This document shows positions 9,587 through 21,082 of a stretch of DNA of 64,000 nt, piece by piece. The notes under the pieces were generated by a model, which searched no databases, was not told the origin of the DNA, and was given only the letters and a program-made list of their open reading frames with translations. The stretch's first letter is position 1, and every line of letters begins with the position of its first letter. Origin of the DNA: Actinomycetes bacterium (lineage in GTDB: Bacteria; Actinomycetota; Acidimicrobiia; Acidimicrobiales; JABEUL01); assembly GCA_021852345.1 (NCBI GenBank), contig JAJZNL010000055.1:29070-93069 (forward strand), in the 5' to 3' direction. The position numbers were made by a program, and so were the translations under genes.

Positions 9587-10552
9587 TCAAAAATCGATTT
9601 GTCGTAAAATTTTAAGCGCGAGGCCGTCCAAAATATCGCTTTCTAAAACATGACAACTTTTAATGCCAAACTTTTGCAACGCCACCAGAAGTATTAACGC
9701 CCCGGCAACTATTACTTCAGCCCTTCCCACTTCGAGTCCCGAAAGTTCACGGCGCTTACTAAGTGGCAATTCGGCTAAGTATTGGAGCGTGGCTTCGATT
9801 TGATCCAAGGTCAACTCCTTTAAATGGACACCTTGTTTACTGTACTCCTTTATGCCATTGGCAACCATATACAAACTGATAGCGGTACCAGCTACGGCAT
9901 AAACTCTTTCGATTTGTAAATTTTGATATCTAGAGCAAACTACGGTGAACAAATTTGATACGTATTTAAACGCTTTTTCTAAGTCGTTTCTATCGACAGG
10001 ATCAGACTTAAAAAATCTTTCGGTAAGTCTTACACATCCAATATCAATTGAGCCACCGAGTGCATTTGAAACAAATTTGCCGGCTTCATAATTCGAATTT
10101 AAATAGTCAAGTTGAAGACCACTTATAACCTCTGTCGAACCGCCACCGATATCTATAACAACAACTCGCTCTTTAGTTGATTCCAAACCCGACATTGCCC
10201 CTTTAAAACTTAATACCGCTTCTTTGTATCCGCTTAATAGCATCGGCGTTACTCCAAATAGATCGCGAACGGCTTTAATAAAGTATTGAGAATTCTTTGA
10301 ATCCCTAACCGCAGATGTTGCAATCAGCCCCCATTCAGTCACGTTAAAACTTTGACCTATTTCAAAATAATCCTTTAAAACCTTTAAGGTTCGGCTGACC
10401 GCATCTTCATCTAAATTTTTTTCTTTGTCTACGTTTTGGCCCAATCTGGTGACCCTGGAATCTCTATAAATTTGATTTTTGTCATCGTCAATTATAAGCA
10501 GTCGAGTCGAGTTTGTTCCACAATCGATGGCCCCGATAATCTTATTCATCAT
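9587..10552 (-). CDS. ppx: Ppx/GppA exopolyphosphatase
   Basis: IDCGTNSTRLL, ATSAVRD, DIGGGSTE, IGCVRLTERF. Confidence 0.92.
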   Translation of the reverse strand: MMNKIIGAIDCGTNSTRLLIIDDDKNQIYRDSRVTRLGQNVDKEKNLDEDAVSRTLKVLKDYFEIGQSFNVTEWGLIATSAVRDSKNSQYFIKAVRDLFGVTPMLLSGYKEAVLSFKGAMSGLESTKERVVVIDIGGGSTEVISGLQLDYLNSNYEAGKFVSNALGGSIDIGCVRLTERFFKSDPVDRNDLEKAFKYVSNLFTVVCSRYQNLQIERVYAVAGTAISLYMVANGIKEYSKQGVHLKELTLDQIEATLQYLAELPLSKRRELSGLEVGRAEVIVAGALILLVALQKFGIKSCHVLESDILDGLALKILRQIDF

Positions 10553-11046
10553 AGTTCGCTTTCGTATTCATCGATATTTAACTTACACGTACCAGCCACC
10601 CAACTCCCCACAGCATCCTGTCTTGTTGCCAGAAAATTGGCTAAATGGGCATGTAGACATTTTAGTCCCCGCCCAGTTCCCCCAACACCGCCTTGAGGCA
10701 TTAATCCCGCATAATTTTTGGGAAGAAGTTCATGTCTCATTGCCGAATATCTTTTATGAATTTCATCGATTTCGGTTTCGTTAAACAGCCGTTCCACAAA
10801 CTTCAAACCAAATTCAGCTTCAATTCTGGACACTAACTTTGACTCTTTTTTACCCAACAACCAAAAAAGTGTCGGCATCGGAACCCCGCTATTTAAAATA
10901 GGGTAGTTTGCAATTACAACAATACCTTTTGTGGTTCTATTTCTAACTGTGACTTTAAAGGGTCCCGAAGGCGGGCGTTTCAAAAGTTTTTCTACTTCCA
11001 AAAAATCGGATTCGTCAAAACCGAAATCATCGATTGACTTAATCAA
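10549..11046 (-). CDS. DUF501 family protein
   Basis: PMPTLFWL, GGVGG, LKCLHAHLA; canonical position upstream of ppx. Confidence 0.9.
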   Translation of the reverse strand: MIKSIDDFGFDESDFLEVEKLLKRPPSGPFKVTVRNRTTKGIVVIANYPILNSGVPMPTLFWLLGKKESKLVSRIEAEFGLKFVERLFNETEIDEIHKRYSAMRHELLPKNYAGLMPQGGVGGTGRGLKCLHAHLANFLATRQDAVGSWVAGTCKLNIDEYESEL

Positions 11047-11048
11047 TT

Positions 11049-13022
11049 TTAGGGACTCTTTGTCTTTAGTATCCGTCTAATGATCAGAAGTAGAATAACG
11101 CCAACTGAAGGTATAATTATTGGCTTAAGACGACTTTTTAATGGAGATGAGACCAAGTCCAATATATCAATTGGTTCATTCGGTTGACTTTCAATCTTTA
11201 GCTCATCGACACTTGATGCGCTATGAGTCTCTAAATCTCTACCATTCGCTTCTTCGCCGGTTTTAACGGATTCAGTCGAATTAACCGAAGTCTGTGGCAT
11301 TTCTATAATAGATGCCAAATTCTGTAAACCGCTCTCTCCGTTTTCCTCCTTAGAATCTTCGGTAGTTACGAAGGCTTCAGGCGAATTTAGCTGTTCGTTC
11401 GCATTTGATGATTTAAAAATCGGAATTACCTCCCCGTTGGATCCTTGGAGACTCCCGTCAGTTAGAAGATCGCCTTGAGGAATCTGCAATTCAACTATAT
11501 TTTCTTCGGGAACATTTTCTGGGTTTTCATCAATTGGCAAATCCGATTCGAAAAAATCAACTTTATCATCGGCTCTATCGCCGGAATCGACAGAAGACAT
11601 TCCGGGTTCAGAATCTTGAATATCTTCTTGATCATACAACGTTATGTCTTCATCATCGGCCAATAAGGCTTCTACCGCATTAATATCATCTAACTCTTCG
11701 ACTTCGGTGTCTATCTCTTCTGCAGTAAAGTTACCAATGGCAATTTCTCCCAAACTCCCTTCGCCTTCATCCAATTCTGTTTCGATGCTATTTGAAAGTT
11801 TTGACAACTTTTCGTCTGCAGGAGAGCCCTCAATGTCAACCCGATCCGCATTAGAGCCCTGAGTCCTTGAATTGACTTCGTCAATTTCATCGTCCAAATC
11901 TATTTCAGTGGCCAATTTGGAAAGCTTATCAGCAACAATAGGATTTACAATTCCCAAAGCCGATTCATCACTTGTTGCTTCAGAGTTTTGTTTGTATTCT
12001 TGATCTTCAGCCACATCTTCATCTGATTTTATTTCATCGTTCGATTCAGACGGAACCGACGATATCAAATTATTATCGTCATCGTCATTATCTGCTGTTA
12101 CTTTTCCGATTCTGCTTTGCTCCAGATTCGCATTTTGAGATGCCGCTTGACGGGCTTCGTCAATGTCTCTTCTAATGTCTTCAAGTCGTTCTTTTAATGA
12201 ATCAGTCAATTCTAGATTTTGGTCTGGATTATCATCAGAAGTACCCGTCGCCATCGGCAAATTATCATCAGCTAATTCAATCTCCTCAGACGAAAAATTA
12301 AGCCCCAACAATAAATCTCCAGAAGGGTCAGAATTATCCTCTACGACGATTCCATCTTGCCCCTCGATATTTTCAATAGGTAAGCCTTTTTCTTCTTCGT
12401 GGCTTAACTCCAGATTAGGTTCTTCGACTTTACCTTCAACGGCATCAGAATCAATATCAAAAATTTTGTTTTGAATATTTGCTTCCTGTTCGTTTGCTCC
12501 CTCGTTCAGATGATCAGATCCCAACTCAGCGGTTCCTTCAGACCCGTTCATTACGGATTCAATCGGTTGGCCATTCAAGAGATTAGATAAGTTAGAGGCA
12601 AAAATATCTAAAATCTTACCTGAAACATCATCCAAAAGACCACGTCCCAGTTGGGCAACCTTACCTGAAATGGAAAGGTTGGTCGTAACCGTCACCCTGG
12701 TAATGGAATTATCATCAACTATTATCGGTTTCAAGGTTGCATGCACAACAGCTGCAGCTGATCCGGTACCCTTAGATTCTTTGCCGTCAGCTTTTAATAT
12801 AGCAGTATATGTTTTATGGTTTCTGTCCACCCATGTCGCAACGCCCGCATAAGAGGTAACGATTGGACCTACCTTAACTTTAATCGTTCCTTCGTATTCT
12901 CCATTTTTAACACGATCCAACTCCGCTCCGGGAAGACACGGAGCAATGAGCTTCAAGTCGGTTAACACTTCCCATGCTTTTTCTATGGGAACTGGCACCT
13001 TAAATTCGTTAATTAGCTCCAT
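11049..13022 (-). CDS. coxG: CoxG/SRPBCC-domain protein with very long acidic linker and C-terminal membrane anchor
   Basis: N-terminal MELINEFKVPVPIEKAWEVL...APCLPGA...KVGPI...GKVAQLGRG; about 470 aa D/E-rich middle; IIIPSVGVILLLIIRR tail. Confidence 0.82.
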   Translation of the reverse strand: MELINEFKVPVPIEKAWEVLTDLKLIAPCLPGAELDRVKNGEYEGTIKVKVGPIVTSYAGVATWVDRNHKTYTAILKADGKESKGTGSAAAVVHATLKPIIVDDNSITRVTVTTNLSISGKVAQLGRGLLDDVSGKILDIFASNLSNLLNGQPIESVMNGSEGTAELGSDHLNEGANEQEANIQNKIFDIDSDAVEGKVEEPNLELSHEEEKGLPIENIEGQDGIVVEDNSDPSGDLLLGLNFSSEEIELADDNLPMATGTSDDNPDQNLELTDSLKERLEDIRRDIDEARQAASQNANLEQSRIGKVTADNDDDDNNLISSVPSESNDEIKSDEDVAEDQEYKQNSEATSDESALGIVNPIVADKLSKLATEIDLDDEIDEVNSRTQGSNADRVDIEGSPADEKLSKLSNSIETELDEGEGSLGEIAIGNFTAEEIDTEVEELDDINAVEALLADDEDITLYDQEDIQDSEPGMSSVDSGDRADDKVDFFESDLPIDENPENVPEENIVELQIPQGDLLTDGSLQGSNGEVIPIFKSSNANEQLNSPEAFVTTEDSKEENGESGLQNLASIIEMPQTSVNSTESVKTGEEANGRDLETHSASSVDELKIESQPNEPIDILDLVSSPLKSRLKPIIIPSVGVILLLIIRRILKTKSP

Positions 13023-13597
13023 TTACTTAAATCTTCTTTCGTATCAATATCCACCGGGCTTCCAGAACCCTTGACTAATGTAACCATATTCGGAAAATCT
13101 GCCATTAGCTGTTTTGCGCCGATATCGCCGGCAGTGGGCAGCTTAAAAAACATCTCCTTTTTAATTTTAATCGGATGACCCACCTTTTGTCCATAGGTAG
13201 TTGCAACGAGAGAAGTACTTTCTTCGTCCAGCACTGCGTTAAATGAATCAATTGTCAGAAAAGGCATATCTGCTAAAGCTACCACGACAGACGAATGGCC
13301 GCTGTTTAAGGCGTAGTGGATCCCTACGTTTAACGATGAAGCCAGTCCCAATTCAGCAGAGTGATTAATTAGAACCGTGAATTCATCGCCGATCAGAGGT
13401 GTCAAGGTATCGTCCTTTAGTATTACAATCCTTTCGTCGCATTGTGTTTCAGAGACCACGTCAAGTATCCATTTGATAAGAGGCTTCCCCTTAAAGTTGG
13501 CCTGAAGCTTATTGGTATTAGGTTTGCCGGCGGCAAAACGCTCAGATTTACCGGCTGCCAGAATTAAAATTGCATTTGACACAGTTAAATAATACAC
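13013..13597 (-). CDS. mocA: Molybdenum cofactor cytidylyltransferase (MocA-like; start may be GTG 13582)
   Basis: ILAAGKSERF, LADMP, GHP, GDIGAK, DIDT; cox cluster context. Confidence 0.85.
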   Translation of the reverse strand: MYYLTVSNAILILAAGKSERFAAGKPNTNKLQANFKGKPLIKWILDVVSETQCDERIVILKDDTLTPLIGDEFTVLINHSAELGLASSLNVGIHYALNSGHSSVVVALADMPFLTIDSFNAVLDEESTSLVATTYGQKVGHPIKIKKEMFFKLPTAGDIGAKQLMADFPNMVTLVKGSGSPVDIDTKEDLSKWS

Positions 13598-13939
13598 GGA
13601 ATTAAAGCACGCCCCTTACCCAAATTATATTAGTAACTTCCCAACAGTTAAATGCGCCTGTATGCCCTAGCTTTCAAACACTGGTTCGGATAGATACAAA
13701 CTCTAAATTATCGCCATATTACAGAGAGCGGCTCTATTGTCTTGTAGTTTTGAAGTTGCTAATTAATCCGCTCGTGAGTAGAAAATGATTTCGACCATTT
13801 TAAATTAAATCGGTCGGAAATTTTATACCAAATTACATCAACCCTACTTTCAGGTGCAAATAACCAATTTGAAACGAAATTCCAAACAATATTTCGGCTA
13901 TCGAAACCGGTATCGAATTATCGACAAGCAAGAAAACTA

Positions 13940-15169
13940 TTAGCGAGCTGTTATAGTTCCAAATGTCGCATTGAGCGGATTACCTGACCTGGAATTTTTT
14001 ACTGCAACGATCTGAGCGATAATCGCAAGAGCAATTTCATTTGAATTGGTAGCTCCTAGATCCAAACCGATCGGAGAAAAAATACGACTCAGCTTTTCTT
14101 GGTCAATACCAAGATCTTTTAACTTTTGGAATCTTTTCTCGGCTGTCACTCTGGATCCGATCGCCCCTACGTAGCCGAAAGGCAAGTCGACTGCAAGTTT
14201 TAATGCTGGTATATCAAATTTCTCATCGTGGCTTAACATGCACAATGAGTCTTTTTCGGAAACGGTATCACGAATTTCAGAGATATAGTCTTCTGGCCAT
14301 TTCAATTCCAGTTCTATCTCTTTGTTAAATCTAGATTCATTTAAAAACATAGGGCGCGGATCAACTACGACGACCCTATAACCCATTTTTAATCCGATCT
14401 CAGATAGAGCAACAGCATGATCTGAAACACCGGCGATAATTAATCTATGAGTTCCTATATAACGATAAAAAAACATGTTGTATTCATTTGCCACGGTTAG
14501 ATCAAAATAGCCGTCACTTTTATTGCCGCCTACTTCGGAATTCATATCATGCCTTAAGAATGTGATGTCATCACTGTCAGATGAGTCTACTGCGACATGG
14601 AAGAATCCCGAAGAAATATTATTGTCACGATAGCCTACAAGAACTGACTTGAACAAATCGTCAACTCCCCCAGCCTGATTTCTAATCCGACCATGGCAGA
14701 CGACAAATTTGGTTTCGCTGCCAATTTCAGATAGTCCATAGATAGAGCCCGTGCTTACATCAATTGCAATATAGGATCGTGAAGCTTTTAGACTATCTTT
14801 TAGAAGGGGCAAAAAATCGTTCCAGTCGGGCATGAAAGCCGTTATATTTGCCGAGCCTCCGCAAGTCAACCCAAAATTAAATGCCTCTTCGTCGGTATAG
14901 GGAAATGTCCCTATATAAGGAGTCCCACTGTTATTGTTCGAAACTTGATCTATTCTTCTTAAAACTTCACCTATAACAGCAGGTTCAACGCATCCACCCG
15001 AAACGGAGCCCAAACTTTCCGAATCTGAATTTACAACCATTATGGATCCAAGCGGCATCGGCGAAGATCCACTAGCCGACACCAATACAGCCATCCCCAC
15101 CTGTTTTGACTCTTGTATCCATTTTTCAACCGTCTGAATCAGTCTATTTGAAACGAAATCTGGATTCAT
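13940..15169 (-). CDS. xdhC: XdhC/CoxI molybdoenzyme maturation chaperone
   Basis: GSVSGGCVE, FGLTCGG, YVGAIGSR, PIGLDLGA..EIALAIIAQI. Confidence 0.9.
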   Translation of the reverse strand: MNPDFVSNRLIQTVEKWIQESKQVGMAVLVSASGSSPMPLGSIMVVNSDSESLGSVSGGCVEPAVIGEVLRRIDQVSNNNSGTPYIGTFPYTDEEAFNFGLTCGGSANITAFMPDWNDFLPLLKDSLKASRSYIAIDVSTGSIYGLSEIGSETKFVVCHGRIRNQAGGVDDLFKSVLVGYRDNNISSGFFHVAVDSSDSDDITFLRHDMNSEVGGNKSDGYFDLTVANEYNMFFYRYIGTHRLIIAGVSDHAVALSEIGLKMGYRVVVVDPRPMFLNESRFNKEIELELKWPEDYISEIRDTVSEKDSLCMLSHDEKFDIPALKLAVDLPFGYVGAIGSRVTAEKRFQKLKDLGIDQEKLSRIFSPIGLDLGATNSNEIALAIIAQIVAVKNSRSGNPLNATFGTITAR

Positions 15170-15213
15170 ATTTAAAACTTCTGTCTAGTTTCTTATAAAT
15201 TTCATAACAGCCA

Positions 15214-16026
15214 TCAAAAGGAATATTTTTCGGCATATTGTTTCATGAAAACCTTCAACAGATGGAGTCTGTAGTTTTTTGTACCATATATGTCCTCCGT
15301 GGGTGAACATTTTGAAGCAACCGCTTGATAGACAGATTCAAAATCTGAATGAAGTTCTTGAATATCAATTCCAACGGACACGGTTGTGGCTGCCATACTG
15401 ATCAAACCCATGCTCAAAGTATCTACAAACCTAGCTACCGCCATTCCCGAGATTGCCCAGTCTTGAGCTCTTTTGGATATCTTAAAGAACTCGGTATCGC
15501 CAGCAGTCAAAGGGAATCTTATAGATGCTAATATTTCATCTTCACCCAAAGCAGTTTCCAAAAATCCATGATAAAATTCACTCGATGAAATTTCCCTAAT
15601 TCCATTTTTGCTTATAACAACGGCGGTGCCTCGTAAGGCCACAAAACACCCCGCTAGATCAGAAGCCGGATCCCCGTGAGATATTGCCCCTCCGATTGTA
15701 CCGCGATGTCGTATTTGAGGATCACCTATCTGATTTGCTACATTTGCCAAAAGTGGTACGTTAGTGACTATCTCATCATACTTACCCAAGTCACAGTGAC
15801 GAACCATCGAACCAATCTCTATAGAGTCATTGACAATTCTTACTACTTTAAATGCACGAATATCTGATATGTCGACCAATTGGTCGAAACTGGTCAAACC
15901 CATTTTCATTAAAGGTATCAATGACTGACCGCCAGCGATTATCTTTGTATCGAACTTCTGCGACATTGCCTCCGTCAAGTCCTCTACGGTTTTAGGTTTT
16001 ATGTATTTGTATTCGTTTAAAATCAT
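15214..16026 (-). CDS. coxM: Xanthine dehydrogenase/CO dehydrogenase family FAD-binding medium subunit
   Basis: IAGGQSLIPLM, IGDPQIRHRGTIGG, DPASD. Confidence 0.9.
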   Translation of the reverse strand: MILNEYKYIKPKTVEDLTEAMSQKFDTKIIAGGQSLIPLMKMGLTSFDQLVDISDIRAFKVVRIVNDSIEIGSMVRHCDLGKYDEIVTNVPLLANVANQIGDPQIRHRGTIGGAISHGDPASDLAGCFVALRGTAVVISKNGIREISSSEFYHGFLETALGEDEILASIRFPLTAGDTEFFKISKRAQDWAISGMAVARFVDTLSMGLISMAATTVSVGIDIQELHSDFESVYQAVASKCSPTEDIYGTKNYRLHLLKVFMKQYAEKYSF

Positions 16027-16044
16027 CTAACGGCGCTTGTAAAG

Positions 16045-16533
16045 TTAATCGTCTTTTTGAGCTATCATCATATCTTGGGCCAATTCAACTGCGGCAACAA
16101 TATTGTGATAACCGGTGCATCTGCACAGGTTCCCCTCTAGACCCTGTCGAATCTCATCTTCTGATAGCGTTCGACCCGTAGTATTGTTTGCCAACATCGA
16201 AACAGTCGCCATGATCATCCCAGAGGTACAAAATCCGCACTGCAATCCATGAGTTTGTCCAAATGCCTTTACGACTGGATGAAGTTGCCCTCCCACAGGG
16301 TTCAATCCTTCCATGGTCGTTACATCTTTTTGATCGGCCTGGACGGTCAATACCGTACAAGCCTTTACAGATTCACCGTCCAGCAATACGGTGCAGGCAC
16401 CGCAAGTGGTGGTGTCACAGCCAACGTTGGCAGCCTTTAAACCCGCTATATCCCTAATGAAATCCACCAGTAGCATGCTGGTATCGACTTCGGCATCATA
16501 TTTTTTTTGATTGACAATAATTGAAACTTTCAT
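16045..16533 (-). CDS. coxS: 2[2Fe-2S] small subunit
   Basis: GCDTTTCGACTV, QCGFCTSG, GNLCRCTGY. Confidence 0.93.
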   Translation of the reverse strand: MKVSIIVNQKKYDAEVDTSMLLVDFIRDIAGLKAANVGCDTTTCGACTVLLDGESVKACTVLTVQADQKDVTTMEGLNPVGGQLHPVVKAFGQTHGLQCGFCTSGMIMATVSMLANNTTGRTLSEDEIRQGLEGNLCRCTGYHNIVAAVELAQDMMIAQKDD

Positions 16534-18845
16534 ATCGTATCAACTTCGAGCAAAAAAGGATTTTCGCCTTCATATAAAGCTTTATATATATTAACGGGAG
16601 TTATCGGAATGTTAACATTTAAATCGCCGAACTCTTCTAAGGCGTCGGCCACAGCATTTGCCACGGCTGGTATTATTCCTATCGTTCCAGACTCACCAAT
16701 TCCTTTGGCGCCCAATTCGTTTATTAAAGTGGGAGTTTCCATTAAATTAACGTCAAAATTTGGAAATTCAGTTGCCGAAGGAAAGCCGTAGTCATACAGA
16801 GTAGAAGTCATCAGATTACCGTCTTTATCATATACGACTTCTTCAAAAAGAGCCTCTGCGGCGCCCTGGGCAACTCCTCCGTGCAACTGCCCCATCGCCA
16901 AAACTGGATTTACAATTTTACCGGCATCATCTACGGTTACCACTTTTAATAGCTTAACTTGACAAGTCTTTAAATTAACGCTCACCATTGCCAAATGAGA
17001 TCCAAACGGAAAGGTCGGTCCGTTTGACTTATACTCCGATTCGGCTTTAAGAATTATTCCCGCTTGATCTGCCGACTTAGCAATATCTGCATAACCGTAT
17101 ATCCTGTCGTCGCATTTAAAATTTCCGTCCGATTTTATAAATTCAATTCGTTCAAAAGGAACATTGATATATTGACTTAAAAACTTTTTAATTATCTCCA
17201 CAAGTTGCAAACAAGCACCATTTATCGCAACTCCCGCACTCTGAATCGATCGCGACCCAAACGTACCCACACCAAAAGGAATTAATTTCGTATCACCTTG
17301 CACCATTTCAATTTGATCCAAATCAAATCCGGTTACCTCTTTGGCAATCTGGGAATATGCCGTTTGATGACCCTGTCCATGTGAAAATGTTCCGCACCCA
17401 ATCTCTAAAATCCCGTCTTTTCGCAACTCCGCAGAGCCGTATTCGGTAGCTGGAACTCCGTGAGTTATTTCCACGTAAGAGCTAATTCCGATTCCGATTC
17501 TCGAATCATCCGAAAGCTTGTTGACTTCGTCTTTTTTCACCTTGAGCATCTCTAAGTCACCGATCTGGCAAAGATTGACTAAAGCTTTTTGATAATCTCC
17601 AGAATCATAAACCGCACCGTATTTAGTTTGATATGGAAACTGTTCGGGTTTAATAAAGTTATTGCTCCTAAGTTGGACTTTATCTATGCTAACTTTTCTG
17701 GCATATTTGTCAACAATTCTCTCAATGGCATAGGCCGCCTCAGGTCGCCCCGCCCCTCGATAGGCGACAACGGGATTCGTATTGGTTACAACAGACTTGG
17801 ACTGATATACGACATTTTCTATATCGTAAGTTCCAGAGGTCATAAAGCGAGTGAATATCGGTAAAAAAGCTCCGGTAAGCGGATATGCTCCACAGTCTTG
17901 CAACACATCTAAAAAGTAGTGGGTAAATCTGCCGCTTTTATCTCCCCCAAGTTTTACGCGTTGAACTTGACCTCTGCCGTGCCCTAAGGACATCATGGAC
18001 TCTGATCTGGTTTCAACCCACTTAAGCGTAATGTTACATTTTTTAGCAAAATATGCAACCAAAATCTCCTCGGGGTAAAGCGATATTTTTGCCCCAAAGC
18101 CGCCCCCCACATCGCCTGCAATGACATGCACTTGCTCTTTGTCGACCTTAAGCGCCCGACTTATTGAGTCTTTAGCCCCGTGCGGCGCCTGGGTTGAAAC
18201 ATAAATTTCAAGTCCAGCGTCAATCGGTTTAACCAAAATTGCTCGCCCTTCAAGCGGGCAAGGGGCGACCTTAGGTATTAAGTAAGTTTCTTCTACGACT
18301 ACCTCACAGCCGTCAAAAAACTTCTCTTCGTTAAAATCTTCTTCGGTATTCTTAGAAGCGACATTGCTTTGTGAACCCTCAAAAAGCAAATAGTCGGTAT
18401 GCAAAGCTTCAATCGGGTCTACTACGGCTTTCAGTTTGTCAATTTCAACTTCGATAAATTCGGCAGCTTTTTCCGCTTCGGATTTTGACTTTGCCACGAT
18501 CATGGCCATCGGCTCGCCAACATAGCGGAGCCTACGGGATGGCAACAGTTCTCGAACCATTGCCTGGTCTACTATTTTTGCCGGAATTATTGGATCTAAA
18601 TCCACATCGGCTGAAGTGAATATTTCAATGACGCCGGTCATTTTTTTTGCAGTCGATACGTCGATGGATTTTATAATTCCGCTTGCAACGTATGATCTTA
18701 AAAAATGAACGTGGTATGTATCTTCGAATTCCAAATCGGCAACATAAGTACCGCCCTTTGTTAATAATCTTTTATCTTCCTGTCGGACAAATGAGCTAAA
18801 ATCCGCAGCTGGAATATCCAGCCTCGAAGATACTTCGACTGTCAT
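16530..18845 (-). CDS. coxL: Molybdopterin-binding large subunit, form II CoxL-like
   Basis: DVGGGFGAK, active-site loop AYRGAGR, GQGHQT, GQLHGGVAQG, GAKGIGESG; ATG 18845 overlaps the divIC stop (ATGA). Confidence 0.9.
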   Translation of the reverse strand: MTVEVSSRLDIPAADFSSFVRQEDKRLLTKGGTYVADLEFEDTYHVHFLRSYVASGIIKSIDVSTAKKMTGVIEIFTSADVDLDPIIPAKIVDQAMVRELLPSRRLRYVGEPMAMIVAKSKSEAEKAAEFIEVEIDKLKAVVDPIEALHTDYLLFEGSQSNVASKNTEEDFNEEKFFDGCEVVVEETYLIPKVAPCPLEGRAILVKPIDAGLEIYVSTQAPHGAKDSISRALKVDKEQVHVIAGDVGGGFGAKISLYPEEILVAYFAKKCNITLKWVETRSESMMSLGHGRGQVQRVKLGGDKSGRFTHYFLDVLQDCGAYPLTGAFLPIFTRFMTSGTYDIENVVYQSKSVVTNTNPVVAYRGAGRPEAAYAIERIVDKYARKVSIDKVQLRSNNFIKPEQFPYQTKYGAVYDSGDYQKALVNLCQIGDLEMLKVKKDEVNKLSDDSRIGIGISSYVEITHGVPATEYGSAELRKDGILEIGCGTFSHGQGHQTAYSQIAKEVTGFDLDQIEMVQGDTKLIPFGVGTFGSRSIQSAGVAINGACLQLVEIIKKFLSQYINVPFERIEFIKSDGNFKCDDRIYGYADIAKSADQAGIILKAESEYKSNGPTFPFGSHLAMVSVNLKTCQVKLLKVVTVDDAGKIVNPVLAMGQLHGGVAQGAAEALFEEVVYDKDGNLMTSTLYDYGFPSATEFPNFDVNLMETPTLINELGAKGIGESGTIGIIPAVANAVADALEEFGDLNVNIPITPVNIYKALYEGENPFLLEVDTI

Positions 18846-19315
18846 TTCCAAAATTCAAGTCTGGATAAAAGCCTTGAGAAGAAGTTTTGGTTGGCATTAG
18901 TTTTCGAAGAACTTGCAACAGATCCGTTGGGACCCAAATGCGTCGGAATAGGCGGAACGGGATTTTGATTGGCATTATTGGGCAAAACCACATAGGGCTG
19001 TTCCCCTTGCTTAACCAAACCATATCTCTGTCTGGCGAGTTTTTCAATGTAAGACGGTGTATTTAGCTGCTGGATTTGCTTATTCAACTGTTGGTTGGAA
19101 GCCTGCAACTGCAATTGGGTGGTCTGAAGCGCTGCCAATGACCTGTTTTCATTGTAGAGCCTGTTGAAAGGAAATTCAAGCCCAAAGAATACGACAATGC
19201 ATAAAAATATAAACAAAAAGACCGGTCGCCTTTTGGTGCGTAGCTTTTTTGTTCGCTTCTTCTTGTGCGATATTCTCTTGCTATTTGCGTTTGTTTTTGT
19301 CGATGCGGTAGTCAT
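18842..19315 (-). CDS. divIC: Septum formation initiator (FtsB/DivIC family)
   Basis: Basic N-terminus, one TM helix, coiled coil, YIEKLARQRYGLVKQGE; directly downstream of eno. Confidence 0.88.
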   Translation of the reverse strand: MTTASTKTNANSKRISHKKKRTKKLRTKRRPVFLFIFLCIVVFFGLEFPFNRLYNENRSLAALQTTQLQLQASNQQLNKQIQQLNTPSYIEKLARQRYGLVKQGEQPYVVLPNNANQNPVPPIPTHLGPNGSVASSSKTNANQNFFSRLLSRLEFWK

Positions 19316-19323
19316 GGATAAAC

Positions 19324-20601
<1,278 letters not shown>

Positions 20602-21082
20602 TCATTCTTTCTAATCAGAAAAGGGCTTATATAAAAATTATCAAATTAATTGTCTCAAATAGTGGATATACAAGACTAAATTAACATTTGAGATAGTACG
20701 GAACAACAGACTATTGCATCCTACATCTATATATTAGGTCAATTTGACCATATGTTTTGATGCATTAAAAATTTTGATAGATTGACCATTTGAATATTGC
20801 TGGTCGCTTTGGACGAATGAGTATGGACGATATTGACTAATCTTATCTACAATTCATCTTAAATCATCTTTGAGCCTTTTAGAATTAAACCATATAGAAA
20901 AACTATTAGGCACTCATCCAAGAATAACTATGGGCTAATGGCAACACATGACACACTAAAAAAATGTGTATCGTTAAGGGTTCCATGCGAAGTCGCTATT
21001 GTCGTTATATTGAATACGGGTACCGTTATAGTGGATACGTACTCGTCGCCTAAAACTTTAATTTCACTAATCCGCTTTGACT

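Noticed and set aside
16530..18845. Calling this an aerobic CO dehydrogenase
   Set aside because: Lacks the Cu-binding AYXCSFR motif and coxDEF
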